In this document: positions 26,461 to 40,327 of the stretch, in pieces
Layout: each line of letters begins with the position of its first letter
Numbering within the stretch: position 1 is the stretch's first letter
Assembly: GCF_026210795.1 (NCBI RefSeq)
Contig: NC_089430.1
Coordinates: 5,332,001-5,396,000 of the forward strand
Length of the DNA stretch: 64,000 bases
Direction of reading: 5' to 3'
Source: Rhizophagus irregularis
Lineage: Eukaryota
Position numbers and translations under genes: made by a program
Notes under the pieces: model-generated
Database searches by the model: none
Told to the model about the DNA's origin: nothing
The model's input: the letters and a program-made list of their open reading frames with translations, nothing else

Positions 26461-28559
26461 GAGATGTATTTAAGCTTTTAAACTAGACTAAATAACGTTA
26501 TTTAAAGAGACATTAAATTGTAGTTTTTATTATCAAATAGGTCAAATAGTATAAAATACATAAATATTTATTTTCTTATCCCAAAAATAAAAGTATGAAT
26601 CCTTTTCAAATATTTTAGTTTGATATATACTAGTTGTTATCAGTACATAAAGCAACAGCTGATAAAATACAACGCAAATTATATTTTTCTTGAATGTAAA
26701 TTGTTCATCAAATTCATGGCTAAGCGCTTCTTATGACTTTTTAAAATCAATCAATCATAAATTTATTTTATTCCATAAAATTAATTTTCTAACAATTTGT
26801 TTTTATATCATAAAGAAGTTAAGTTTTCATGATGACTTATTTTTATTTGCTAATTTGATTTGTTTCCTTTAGGATAGGTATAATCATTTTTTAAAAATTG
26901 CTTCTTCAGCTTTCTTGATAATGTCCTTGGTCTTTTTCATTTCTTCCTTTAGAAACAGTATTAACTTGCCCAACCATTCTTATTTATTTATTTTGGAATA
27001 GTTTCTTTATAACATTTGGCAATCTCGTAGTAAGTTAGTCATTTTGCTAAAGCATGAAATGGAACAGACTTTATATCATCTCAGCTCTTTTATTTATTTT
27101 CTTCTTTTTGAAGCAGTTACTAGCTATATGATATTCCTTCATTTTTACTGATATAATTATTTTTTAGTTTAGTTTTTAATTTTAGAAATGGTTTCTCAGT
27201 TTCTCTAATTTTTGTTTGAATGGAATGATCATTATTTGAAAATTATCATTGTCATCAATAAAATCTAGCAGATTTACTGTGGTACAGACCATGTTTTTGG
27301 AATACAATGACATAATTATGACTTATGAGTAATCCACATCAATTAATATTACTATTCACCCAATTCACAATTTATCAAAATTTATCAACATATTCAAAAT
27401 AAAATTTAATAAAAGAGTATGTATACACACTCTGTACTCTTTATTCAAAATTATTCTAGTATCTTCAAAATGTCTGTCTACTGAAAATATTGTAAGGAAA
27501 ATTAAAGAAATTGTTACTATTTTTTCTCTTCCTAAAATAAATTTCTATCACAGAAGCCTGTTTATTCTGAAGAAGGGATAAACTATATATATATCTTTCT
27601 TATGATTTAAAAAAGACTAGAAAGTTGTCTCTTACTAACTATCAACACTTATTTATTTTCAAAAAATTGTATACAACAAAATGTAATACTGATTTAATAA
27701 GCTTATACTTTATGATAATTTAGAAAACATTTCTAAAAAAAATAACTATTTTTTAAACCATATTGTATTCAATTATATATTTTTCTAAAAGAAAATAATA
27801 TGTTGCAGATTGTTAAAATTGTTAATGTATCTTTTGTTACTCCAACATGACACTGGTTATCAGACATGGAATTGCAAGCTTATGGTAAGTGCAAGAAGTA
27901 CAATGGCTATTCGATTTTTGGATTAAATTCATAGTAGCATACCAAATTTGGAGCAAGAAATGAAATTTTATATTCACAGGAATAAATCTTAACTTCCAGT
28001 AAAAATACCTAAAATAAAACACAAAGTAAGAAATAGTACAAGGAATAAAGTGAATTGTTATGTTAAGATTATTTATTTGAAAATTCAAATAATATAGATT
28101 TAAAATTAGGTTTAATGGTAACCTTGAATTGCATTGAATGATTGTTATGATAGACTAATTAGAGAAACTGAAGATGATTTTTCTGTAAAAGAATATGAAT
28201 TATTATGAAAGACATGGTATCATTGAAATTATTAGTAGTTAGAAGTCTGTAATCAGACTTAACCAAAGATGAAGATATGGCTACCAAGAAATGTAAAATG
28301 ATATTTTACTTAATTTTTTTATTGAATATTATTACTTTAATGATTCAATTGATTCATCAATTACAAAATAATCTAAGCATACACTCATTAAAATTTAATG
28401 CTTACTAATTTCTTTTAAAAAAAAAAATACTATTTCAAAATATATTAATATTAAGGTTAATGTTAAACAGAATTTTAAATTGGAATGGCTTATATATAAA
28501 AAGTTCTTGGAAATGATAATATCAACATATGATAATATTATTATTAACAGCAATAATAA

Positions 28560-29300
28560 CTATTTAGTTACATTATAACTATTCTGTACTTATTAAATTT
28601 TGACATTTTGGACCTACAAAAAAAATAGTATATTAAATAAATAATATTATTGATTATTAATTATATAAATTAAAAAACTTACATTTTAATTATTATTCAA
28701 TTGAGATATATCAATTTGTAAAGATTCTATTTAATAAAAGGATTTATTAGTATATTTAAAACTGATTTGCATTTTTAAAATAACAAAATTATTAATAATA
28801 CCCGAAGATTCCTGACTTATTATATTATCACATTGTTCATCAGAATTTTTTATTTTGGGCCTACAAAAATAAAATAGTACATTAAATATAAATAATATTA
28901 TTAATAATTGATCATATAAATTAAAAAACTTACATTTTATTATTACTTAACTGATATATATCAATTTGTAGGGATTCTATTCGATAAAAGCAATTTTATT
29001 AGTATATTTAAGCATTTTTAAAATAACAAAATCATTAATTAATACCTGAAGATTCCTTGCTTATTATATTATCATATTGTTCATCAGAATTTTTTATTTT
29101 GGGCCTACAAAAAAAAACAGTATACTGAATATAAATAATATTATTAATCATTAATCATATAAATTAAAAAACTTACATTTTATTATTATTCAATTGAGAT
29201 ATATCAATTTGTAAAGATTCTATTTAATAAAAGGATTTATTAGTTTATTTAAAACTGACTTACATTTTAAAATAACAAAATTATTAATTAATACCTGAAA
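28560..29300 (-). repeat. Three tandem ~243-bp units, each made of intron/mini-exon A/intron/mini-exon B
   Basis: AATACC(T/C)GAA recurs at ~29291, 29041 and 28796; ACTTACATTTTA recurs at ~29171, 28928 and 28677. Confidence 0.85.
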
Positions 29301-32300
29301 ATTCATTGCTTATTATATTATCATTTTGTTCATAATAATCATCAGAATTTTTTGGTTCAGGAAGATTATTGAAACTGAGCAATCTACTTGTATAAATAGC
29401 TTCTGAATGTGTTTGATATATTCCTAAACTAGTTGAAGATATATTTTTATTTGATGAATTGTTTATTTCATCCGCTTCTATAATTTGTGCTTGTAATTCT
29501 ATTGATTCATCATATTGCCATTTATGTAAATCATGTAAAATATCTTGTGCTTTTGGCCTATTTAATTGATTTGCATCTAAGCAATTTTTAATTAACTGGA
29601 TAATTAATTTTGGCACTTTAATATTAAACTTTGGTCTAAGTCCTTGACAAATTTTTATTGCCAAATTTTCGTCATGATTAATATCACAATATGGAGGTAA
29701 TCCAGAAATTAATTCGTACATAATTATACCAAAACTGTAAATATCCGCAGCTTTTGTATAATTCTGTCCTCGTAAAATTTCAGGAGCTATATAGGGCAAA
29801 ATACCATATATATTATTTTTTTGTATATCACAATTTGCAGGTTTACACAATCCCATATCAGTTATAGCAATTTTATATTTAAATTTTAATATATTGCTAA
29901 TATGTAAATCTCGATGAATTAATTCCTTTTCATGAATAAATTTAAGTCCAGATATAATATCAAATAAATAATTGATTATAATACTCCAATTAAATTTATC
30001 ATAATTTGTGTTCAAAAATTTTCGTAAACTTCCATCATTTGCATATTCCAAAACCATTACATAATTTTTTGTTTCTGGATTTTGAGTTATTCCATAAAGT
30101 TTTATAATCCTAAAATCACCATTTAATTTATGATGTAATATCACCTGCATAATAAAAGATAAAAAATTTAATATATTAAAAGGATAAATTGAAATTTTAT
30201 TGAATAAAAATTTATTTATACCTCATTCATAAATTCCAATGTAATTTTTTTTGAATCATTTAAACTTTTTAAAGCTACAAACATATTTTTATTATATCTT
30301 TTCCAAATTTTATTTTTATCATCCCACTTACTATCTAACCGTCCATCTATCCAATTTGCTTTATATACTTTGCCAAATCCACCACTTGCTATGAATTTGA
30401 TATTACAAAATTTACTATAAGGTATCCATTCTATCACATCTGTTATATTATTATGAGTTAATAACTGAGTATCTTGAATAAACTTATCAATATTATTATT
30501 ACCACTGGTCCAGTTATTAAAATTTTGTTGAAAGTATATTGTATTACATATCTCATTGCATTTTTTACATATATTATTCAAAACCATCATGTAATTTTTT
30601 GTTTCTGGATCCTGAGTTATTCCAAAAACTTTTTTAATCTGCAAATATAAATATGTTAACAAAAATTAAAAATTACAAAATATATTAAATGATAGATTAT
30701 ACCTCATTCCTGAATTCCTCTGCAATATTTTTTGAATCATTTAAACTTTTTAGAATTACAAACATATTATTTGCTCTTTTCCAATTTTGATTTGTATTAT
30801 TCCAATAACTTATATATCCATCAATCCAGATAGCTTCATATTCTTTGCTAAACCCTGCAATATATTCAATATTACAAAGCCTATCATAAGGTATCCATTC
30901 TATTACTTCTGTTGTATTATTATGAGCTGATAACTGAGAATCTTGGATAAATTTATTAATGTCATTATCACTGGTCCAATTTTCAAAATTACGTTGAAAA
31001 TATATTGAATTACACATATTATTGCATTTTTCACATATATCATCCAAAACTATCATATAACTTTTTGTTTCTTGATTTTGAGTTATTCCATAAAATACAT
31101 GATTCATTTTAACCTACAATATAATAATATATTAAAAAATTAAAATATTTGTAATTTTAATAATAACAAACTTACTATACCTTATTTATAAATTCTAATG
31201 TAAGATTATTTGGAGTATTTAAGTCCTTCAAATTCACAAACATATTAAAACCTTCTCTTATCCAATTTTGCTCATTATCATTCCAATAACTTATTTTTCC
31301 ATCAATCCAATTTGCTCTATACACTTTGCCAAACTCATCATCTGCAATATATTTAATATTATATAATCTATTATAAGGTATCCAATCTAACACTTCCTTT
31401 ATATCTTTATGAGCTGATAGTTGAGTATCTTGAATAATTTTATTTATATCTTTATTACCACTAGTCCAATCCATGAATTTCCGTTGAAAGTAAATGGTAT
31501 TACATATTTTGTTGCATTTTTCACATTTATCATCCAGAACTATCATATAATTCTTTGTTTCCAGATCCTGAGTTATTCCATATAATTCATGATTTATTTT
31601 AATCTAAAGTTAAATTATGTATTAGAAAAACAAAATTTTATAATTTTGGTGAGTAACAAATTTATTATACCTTATTTATAAATTCTAATATAAGATTATT
31701 TGGAGTAGTATTCAAGCTCTTCAAATTCACGAACATATTACAACCTTCTCTTTTCCAATTTTGCTCATCATCATCCCAATAATTCATTTTTCCATCAATC
31801 CAATTTGCTATATATATTTCTTTATCAATATATTTAATATTGTACAATCTATATAAGGTATCCATTCTAGTGTTTCTTTTATATCATAATGAGCTGATAT
31901 TTGAGTATTTTGAATCAACTTATCAATATCTTCATTACCACTAGTCCAGTCCATTAATTTTCGTTGAAAGTAAATGGCATTACATAACTTATTGCATTTT
32001 TTGCATATATTATTCAAAACCATCATGTAATTTTTTGTTTCTGGATCTTGAGTTATTCCAGAAGCTTTTTTGATCTACAAATATAAACATGTTAACAAGA
32101 ATTAAAAATCTCATAAATATATAAATAATTAGATACCTCATTGTTGAACTCCAATGCAACAATTTCTGAATTATCTAAACTTTTTAGAATTACAAGTGTA
32201 TTATGACCTACTCTTTGCCAATTTTTTTTATAGTTATTCCAATACTGTATACATCCATCAATCCAATTAGCTTTATATTCTTTGCCAAACCTTCCATTTA

Positions 32301-34984
32301 TAATATACTCAATATTATGAAGTCTATCATAAGGTATCCATTCTATTACTTCCGTTGTATTGTTATGAGCTAATAATTGGGTATCTTGGATAAATTTATC
32401 AATATATTTATTACCACTAGTCCAATCTATGAATTTCTGTTGAAAGTGAGTAGCATTACATATCTTACTGCATTTTTCACATATATCATCCAAAACTATC
32501 ATATAATTCTTTGTTTCTGAATCCTGAGTTATTCCATATAATTCATGATTCATTTTAAACTACAATGAAATGATAATATATTACTAGTAAAATAAAAATA
32601 TTTATCTGTTATAATTTTAATAAGTTATAAACTTACTATACCTTATTTATAAATTCTAATGTAAGATTGTTTGAATTGTTTGAAATATTTAAGTTCTTCA
32701 AATTTACAAACATGTTACAACCTTCTCTTTTCCAATTTTGTTCATCATTATCCCAATAGCTAATTTTTCCATCAATCCAATTTGCTATATATATTTCTTT
32801 ATCAATATATTTAATATTATGCAATCTATCATAAGATATCCATTCTAGTGCTTCTTTTGCATTATAATGAGCTGATATTTGAGTATCTTGAATAAATTTA
32901 TCAATATCTTCATTACCACTAGTCCAATCTATGAATTTCCGTTGAAAGTGAATAGCATTGCATATTTTACTGCATTTTCCACATATATTATCCAAAACTA
33001 TCATATAATTTTTTGTTTTTGGATCCTGAATTATTCCATAAAATTCATAATTTATTTTAATCTATAATGCAATTATATGTTAGAATAATAAAATATTTAT
33101 AATTATAATAAATAAACAACAAACTTACCTTATTTATAAATTCTAATATAAGATTATTTGGAATATTTAAGCTAATCAAATTTACGAACATGTCACAACC
33201 TTCTCTTTTCCAATTTTGTTTTTCATCATCCCAATAACTCATTTTTCCATCCATCCAATTTGCTCTACATACTTTACCAAACTTATTTTCCTCAATATAC
33301 TTAATATTGTACAATCTATTATAAGGTATCCATTCTAATGCTTTATCTGCATTATTATGAGCTAATAGTTGAGTATTTTGAATAATTTTATCAATATCTT
33401 CATTACCACTAGTCCAATCCATAAATTTCCGTTGAAAGTAAATGGTACTACATATTTTATTGCATTTTTCACATATATCATCCAGAACTATTATATAATT
33501 CTTTGTTTCTTGATCTTGAGTTATTCCATATAATTCATGATTAATTTTAATCTACAGTAAAATAACATATTAGTAAAAATTAAAATATTTACAATTTTGA
33601 TAAGTAATAAACTTGCTAATACCTTATTTATAAATTCTAATGTAAGATTATTTGGAGTGATTAAGCCATTCAAATTCACAAACATATTACAATCTTTTCT
33701 TTTCCAATTTTGTTTTTTATCTTCCCAATAACTCATTTTTCCATCAACCCAATTTGCTCTATACACTTTACCAAACTTATTTTCTTCAATATATTTAACA
33801 TTGTACAATCTATCATAAGGTATCCATTCTAGTGCTTCTTCTACATTATAATGAGTTGATATTTGAGTATCTTGAATAAATTTATCAATCTCTTCATTAC
33901 CACTAGTCCAATCTATAAATTTTCGTTGAAAGTAAATGGCATTACATATTTCATTGCATTTTTCACATATATTATTCAAAACTATCATGTAAATTTTTGC
34001 TTCTGGATCCTGAGTTATTCCATAAAATTCATGATTCATTTTAATCTACAATGATATAATAATATATTACTAGTAAAAATAAAATATTTAACTGTTATAA
34101 TTTTAATAAGTAATAAACCTACTATACCTTATTTATAAATTCTAATGTAAGATTATTTGGAGCATCTAAGCCCTTTAAATTCACAAACATATTAAGATTG
34201 TTTCTTTTCAAATTTTTATTTTTATTGTCCCAATAAATTATATTTCCATCAATCCAATTTGCTCTATACACTTTACCAAACTTATTTTCTTCAATACATT
34301 TAATATCGTATAATCTATCATAAGATATCCATTCTAGTGCTTCTTTTGCGTTATAATGAGCTGATAGTTGGGTATCTTGAATCAATTTATCAATATGTTC
34401 ATTACCACTAGTCCAATCTATGAATTTCAGCTGAAAGTAAATGGCACAGCATCTTTTATTGCAATTTTTACATATATTATTCAAAACCATCATGTAATTT
34501 TTTGTTTTTGGATCCTGAGTTATTCCAAAAGTTTTTTTGATCTACAAGTGTAATAGCACATATTACTAATTAATACTAAATGTTACAATTACATTGAATA
34601 ATAAAATAATTATACCTTATTTGCAAATTTTAATTTAACAGAGTTTGGATCATTCAATATTTCTAGAATAACGAACCTATTATGACCCACTCTTTTCCAA
34701 TTTTGTTTATACTCACTCCAATTCTGTATGCATCCATCAATCCAATTTGCTCTATACAGTTTACCAAATGACCTTCTACTCACAATATGCTCAATATTAT
34801 AAAGTCTATTGTAAGGTATCCATTCTATTACTCCTGCTGTATTATTATGAGCTGATAGTTGAGTATCTTGAATTAATTTATCAATATAATTATTACCACT
34901 GGTCCAATTTTTGAAATCTCGTTGAAAATGTTTTGCGTTACATATATAAAAGCATTGTTTACACATATCTTTTTTATTATCCAT
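28686..34984 (-). CDS. TKL-type protein kinase with 10 N-lobe repeat exons and duplicated tail mini-exons (kinase gene 2); apparent 1-bp frameshift in repeat 7
   Basis: Ten homologous exons (ORFs from 34610-34984 to 30216-30662), then kinase exon 29284-30150 with HRDLHISNIL, DMG and APE. Tail exons splice in frame to a TAA at 28686-28688. Repeat 7 is split into two ORFs (31808-32026 and 31665-31865). Confidence 0.8.
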
Positions 34985-36505
34985 TGTTATTTATATACAA
35001 TTTAACAAAAGATTAATGGAATAATTTTGTAAAATCAAAAAAAAAACAAAAAACAAAAAATAATTTTGCGTGGAAAGAAAGAAATTTGAGGCTGTTTATA
35101 ACAACAATACTTTGTGCGTTAATCACTTTATCAAAATTTGTTTAGTTTCACGGTTTGTATAATTTAATATATAGCACAACCGAAAAAATAATACTTCTAA
35201 TACTGATAAAAACGTAAAATATAAATAAGAATAAACCAAAAATGTCAAGGGGACGTAAAACCTTGGTATTTATTCATTCATTAACATACTTAAATTATAT
35301 GTGATAAAATTTTACTCGGAACAACTTTTTTTAAAAATGGTGTAGTATAAGTAGTACGGCATTTATTTATTTATTTTATGTAAATCAGGAGAATACATTT
35401 TAGCGAAGTAGTACGGCGGTGATGGCGTACTGCGAAAATGTATGACATGTCAAATCACGTGATCAAATTTATTGATCATCTCAATTAATTTTGTTTTACG
35501 ATAGAAATTTTTATTTTAAACAAGTAAACATTTAACATAACGAAGAGCTTATGACTAATAATTAATAGTCAAAAATACAAATCACCAATTAAAATATATT
35601 ATTTTTATTAAATAAATTGTTTATTTCTTTCTTTGCAAAAATCTGTCTATGCGGTCAAGTAATCACCATTAAATCATTATCCAATACGTGTATCATAAAT
35701 GCTACAGCAGTCACAGTTTAAATTTAAAAAAGGCAATGCTTGATCTCAAATCTACTTTTTTTTTAAAAAAAAAAAATTTTTAAAAAAAATGAGTGCGTCA
35801 AGAAATTTCTATAGATGATATACTATACGTTACAATCGTTACATGCATTTTTAAATTACATATTATAACAAATAAATACTAATTGGATTAAATCAATTAA
35901 TTTTATTTTAATAGTAAAATTTGTAATTAACTTTAGTTCATCACGGATATATTTTAGAGCAGTTTTATTGGGTATTACTAAATAGTACATAGTTGATCGT
36001 TAAGAGCATATTTACTTTGAAGATGTTATTTATTCTTTTAGTAAACTGATAAAAGTCTTTATCATCAATATTAATTACGCTGAGTAAAATAATAAAGTAA
36101 AATTAGTAATTTATGAAAATGTAACTTATTGCATAAAAATAAACTATTTATCCAAATAACTTCGTTCAAAGATTTTATCATATGATTTATAGATTTACTA
36201 CTAAGTCTAATGAGATAAATATTAGTTATCCATAGGATAGGAGTGTTTTTATAAATTTCATGTCATAAGCTTATATATATTATTTACAATAGGGTTTTCA
36301 CCTTGTTGTTTTTGCTATTTTTATTTTCTTAGAAGAAAAGCATATAAAGATAGTAGGGGAATTGAATATAGAAAGAAACTTTTAATGAAATTAAGTATAC
36401 AACACCGTACAAAACTTTAGAAAATACATTATTCAATTAGAAATAACGTATTAGGAGATGCAGAAGTATTTAATCAAAAAACTGACGTAATAGATAAATA
36501 TGTTA

Positions 36506-36949
36506 GCATGTCTGAAATGTGTGCCAGGTTGATGGCGCAGTGTGGCGCAGCGATTTTTCCAAAAAAAATAAATTGCAATTTTTTTTATTTAAAATAAAAC
36601 CTTTAAATTCCTGCATTAGGTGTATTTTTGTCCGCTCTGCAAATTTACTTAGAGCATATACGGGTGGTTTAGAAGGCCATTTTCGAGTTATTTAACAAAA
36701 ACTGTTCTTTCGACAAATCCAATTTTGGAAATGATCGGCAAAGACGATAAAATCGGTTGTTATATACTAAAGTCAAAATCTACTTCCAAAACCTCCTTCC
36801 ATTTATAAGTGAATTTTGTAAAACAGATGAAAATACATCTAATGTGTAAATTTGAAAGCTTTAAATTAAAAAGAAAATCTTTAACTTAAATCTTTTTGAA
36901 ATTACTGCGCCACACTGCGCCGTCAACCTGGCACACATTTTAGACGTGC
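36506..36949. mobile_element. Mutator-like MITE (444 bp)
   Basis: ~50-bp TIRs GCATGTCTGAAATGTGTGCCAGGTTGATGGCGCAGTGTGGCGCAG and CTGCGCCACACTGCGCCGTCAACCTGGCACACATTTTAGACGTGC; 9-bp TSD AATATGTTA (36497-36505 and 36950-36958). Confidence 0.92.
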
Positions 36950-36999
36950 AATATGTTAGAGAAATTAGAGACGTGAAGAAATAAAAGAAATAATGTATT

Positions 37000-37475
37000 C
37001 CTATAAAAACTTTTTATCCGGATAATTCCATTATTTCTCCGTGACTTTTGTAAAAATTCCGTGGAAATGATATATCCGTGTTAGAGAGATGAAAATTTCC
37101 ATGATTTAAGGTTATAAATACCATGAAAATGATACATAATACATTCACGGAAAAAACATGGAAATATCAACAATAGAGAAAAATAATTTTATAGTTGAAT
37201 TTGAATACATTAAGACAACGAAGAAAACTAAGCAACTACGTGCAGTATATATAATGAGTATTAAAGAAACAGCAATAAATATACCACTCTATAAAAAATT
37301 TTATCCGTTATTTCTGTAAAAACTCCGTAAAAATAAACCTTTCACGGATCCATTCACGGAAAATGTAAATAATTCGATAAATTCTGCGATATAAGATTAT
37401 TAATTCCGGAAATATGAGCCTTTATTTTACGGAAAAAAGATGGAATATAAAAAATGGATTGACTTTTTTACAGGG
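37000..37475. mobile_element. Degenerate CACTA-like non-autonomous element
   Basis: Ends CCTATAAAAA...TTTTTTACAGGG resemble those of the 55281-55575 element; internal TCCGTG/CACGGA motifs occur in both orientations. No TSD found. Confidence 0.4.
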
Positions 37476-38767
37476 CCAGAAAAAGAAATAATATTTGAAG
37501 TAAATAATATTAATGATACATACAACAAGAGAATAAATACACGTAGTTTTATTAATTTTATTAATAATGCGAGATAAATGTACATACTATATACTATTAA
37601 AATGATTTATATAATCAGATAGTCATTTTTTGATGCAAGGAATAAATTAAATGTATGGATTTATCATTTATAGAAAAATGGATTGAGTATAACGAGGCTA
37701 TGGTTAATTGAAAATTTAGTATAAAGATAAAGAAGTAATCTAAAATAATATTTTGATTCTGGAGATAACAAATGTAATTAAATTTCTTTAACAAATATTG
37801 AATGCTTAAATGAAATAAACATATGATATGTGGAAATTATAGAAACTAGATGAAAATTTTATGCAAATAACAAAAGCGATATTTATGTAGTAGATATTTT
37901 GAAGTAATTTTCTATAGAAACACGTTACAAGAAATCAATTGGACGAAAACTTTTAATTTTATCGCTAACGTGTTAATTGAACTTAATTTTGAGTAATATC
38001 AACATTTTTTCTATGCATTTTTTCACGTATATAAAATATCATAAATATATAAATATACAGTTATGAGAAACGTGATATTATCGGGCTGAAACTATATTCT
38101 TTGGTAACCTCTACAGACCCATCAGGAAGCCACATCAATGGCACAGTTGTTACTATTTTTATCATTGTATAACATTTATCATGCACATGAAAAAATGAAA
38201 AAAACGCGCTTTGACAGTATAAACAAAAAAAAAATATTTTAAAGTATTTTTAACGAATATTCTTTTCTATTGAATAATGTACCAATCTTTGCTTCGTTAA
38301 TATTTTATTCTACCAATCTATTTCATTTACAAATTATATCTGAGAAAAATTCTTAATTATTTTTTATCATCAAATTAAATACAAAATTTATATAGAAAAT
38401 TTAATGCTTCATTTTTAATTATTTAGATCAGATTGTAATACATTAGAAAATTATATATCTCATATGGTGATTTAATTAGATTTAGTTTAATAAATTTTAA
38501 TCTGCATTTCCTTTTCTGACTTAGGTATTTCATAAAAAGTAAAAGACCAACTTCTGTATTACAGTAAAAGAAAGTAAAGTTTTATATTTATAAATTGTAT
38601 AGACCAAATGGATAAATTTTAAAAAATGATGCGATCGAACGGCTTTATTTTTACATAATTAAAAAATTTAAATGTGATTTAATATAAAAACTTTTGTTTA
38701 TCGAAAAATTAATGCAGGAAGGTTACGAGAATCTAAAGATTTATTTAAATATACTGTCACGTTAGAG

Positions 38768-39163
38768 TAGAGATGGTCAGTCAGTCCTGCGGTCTTTGAT
38801 CGGTCCTGATCGGTCTTTAGGAAATTTTTGGAAAAGTAATAAGGCTGTGCTTCCAATTTTTTGTAGCACAACAGAACTGATTAAAGACCAAAAAGTGGTA
38901 AATTTTGATCTCGATCTAATCACCCAATTTAGAGCTAGGCAGGTTTTTATTTTGCCAAAACCAGTATTTTTTGCTTTTTTCGGTCTTTTTCCAATTTCGC
39001 CTCTGCTGGTCTTAAAAAAAGAAGTATAAAGGCCAAATTTTGACATTTATTGGTCTTTAGCCATACTTGCTGCGCCTTAAAAATTCAAGGGTGCATTCCT
39101 TATAACTTTCCCAAAGACCGGGCAGGACCGTCCAGGACCGAAAGACTGACTGACCATCCTTAC
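38768..39163. mobile_element. hAT-type MITE (~395 bp)
   Basis: TIRs TAGAGATGGTCAGTCAGTC and GACTGACTGACCATCCTTA; 8-bp TSD CGTTAGAG (38760-38767 and 39164-39171); subterminal CGGTC/GACCG motifs. Confidence 0.88.
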
Positions 39164-40327
39164 CGTTAGAGTCACGTGATGGCGATCTAGCCTTATAGTG
39201 ATTATGATTCGCTGAATGTATTGAAAATATTATTTGTAATTTTTTCCGAATAATTTAGTGTAATATTTTTTATTATAAATTGAAACTACGATATTGAGTA
39301 CTATTGGTGATGGAATCCAGCTTATCGGTGCTGTTGTCGAAATTCGTAAAACTATAACTTTCTTATAAACTTACAAGAACTGGCGTAACAAATAACAATA
39401 CTAATACAAAATTCATAAAGTTATTAGAGTGCAGGATATGCAAAAAAGGTTAATATTTGGAATGTATTTATATGATACAATTTAATAGTATTTTAAATGC
39501 ATAGTTAAGATGATAATATTATGGATCGTTCAAAGTTAAAAATAAACTAAGTTAAAATGATTAAAAACTAAATGAACTAATTAAAAAGCTAAATAAACTA
39601 AGTTAAATTGAATTAACAAATTTAAATGAAATGAATAATGATGTTTGTACTTTATATTGTAAAATCATATGGTGCAAGTACATGTATAGCTTTCTCTCCT
39701 CGCCTTTGACAGCAACTTTGCTAGAAAAGAATCAATATTTCTGGTTAATTGTTATTATTATAACGAGAAATATATGGTTTTGCACTATTAATATGTCACC
39801 TAATAATTAAACTAATTATTATAAATTTGGAATTTTTTTTATGTATGAAATCTAAATCTGGGATATAATATTTCATAAATATTGTATTATATATAAATCA
39901 AGAATAATTTTTAAACATATGGCTATTAAGTTTAAAAGCCTAACTAATGAGCGTAATTCTCAACTGATTTAATTATAAAAAATACCATTTACTTTAACCG
40001 AAAAATTTGCTACATTATATCACTGGATTCGCAAATATTGCAAATCAAAAAATATTAACGCTTGGTCTAGCCAGACTATTAACAATATAAAAAATAAAAT
40101 ACATAGTACAACTAGGTATCATTGTAATAATGAAAAATAAATAAATAAATAAATAAAAATAAAATACTCTATTTAAGATGTAACGAAAATAAACCCTTGA
40201 ATAATAATGGTTATATTAAAAAGAAACTAAAATTTTTTCGATTATAAATTTAATTCAAAGCTTTCTCTTTACTTTCTTTACTTCTAAATTTACGATTTTT
40301 AATCTTATCTCTTAAGTCAAAAACACC

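Noticed and set aside
26840..27700. Possible Mutator/SWIM transposase relic on the minus strand
   Set aside because: Only faint motif-like fragments with many stops; cannot be supported without a profile search.
30216..34984. Treating each ~125-aa repeat ORF as a separate gene
   Set aside because: Each is bounded by AG/GT splice sites in consistent phase with only intron-sized gaps; the ORF stops lie inside introns.
38777..39046. ORFs 38777-39046 (-) and 38796-39029 (+)
   Set aside because: Lie wholly within a MITE and show no protein motif.
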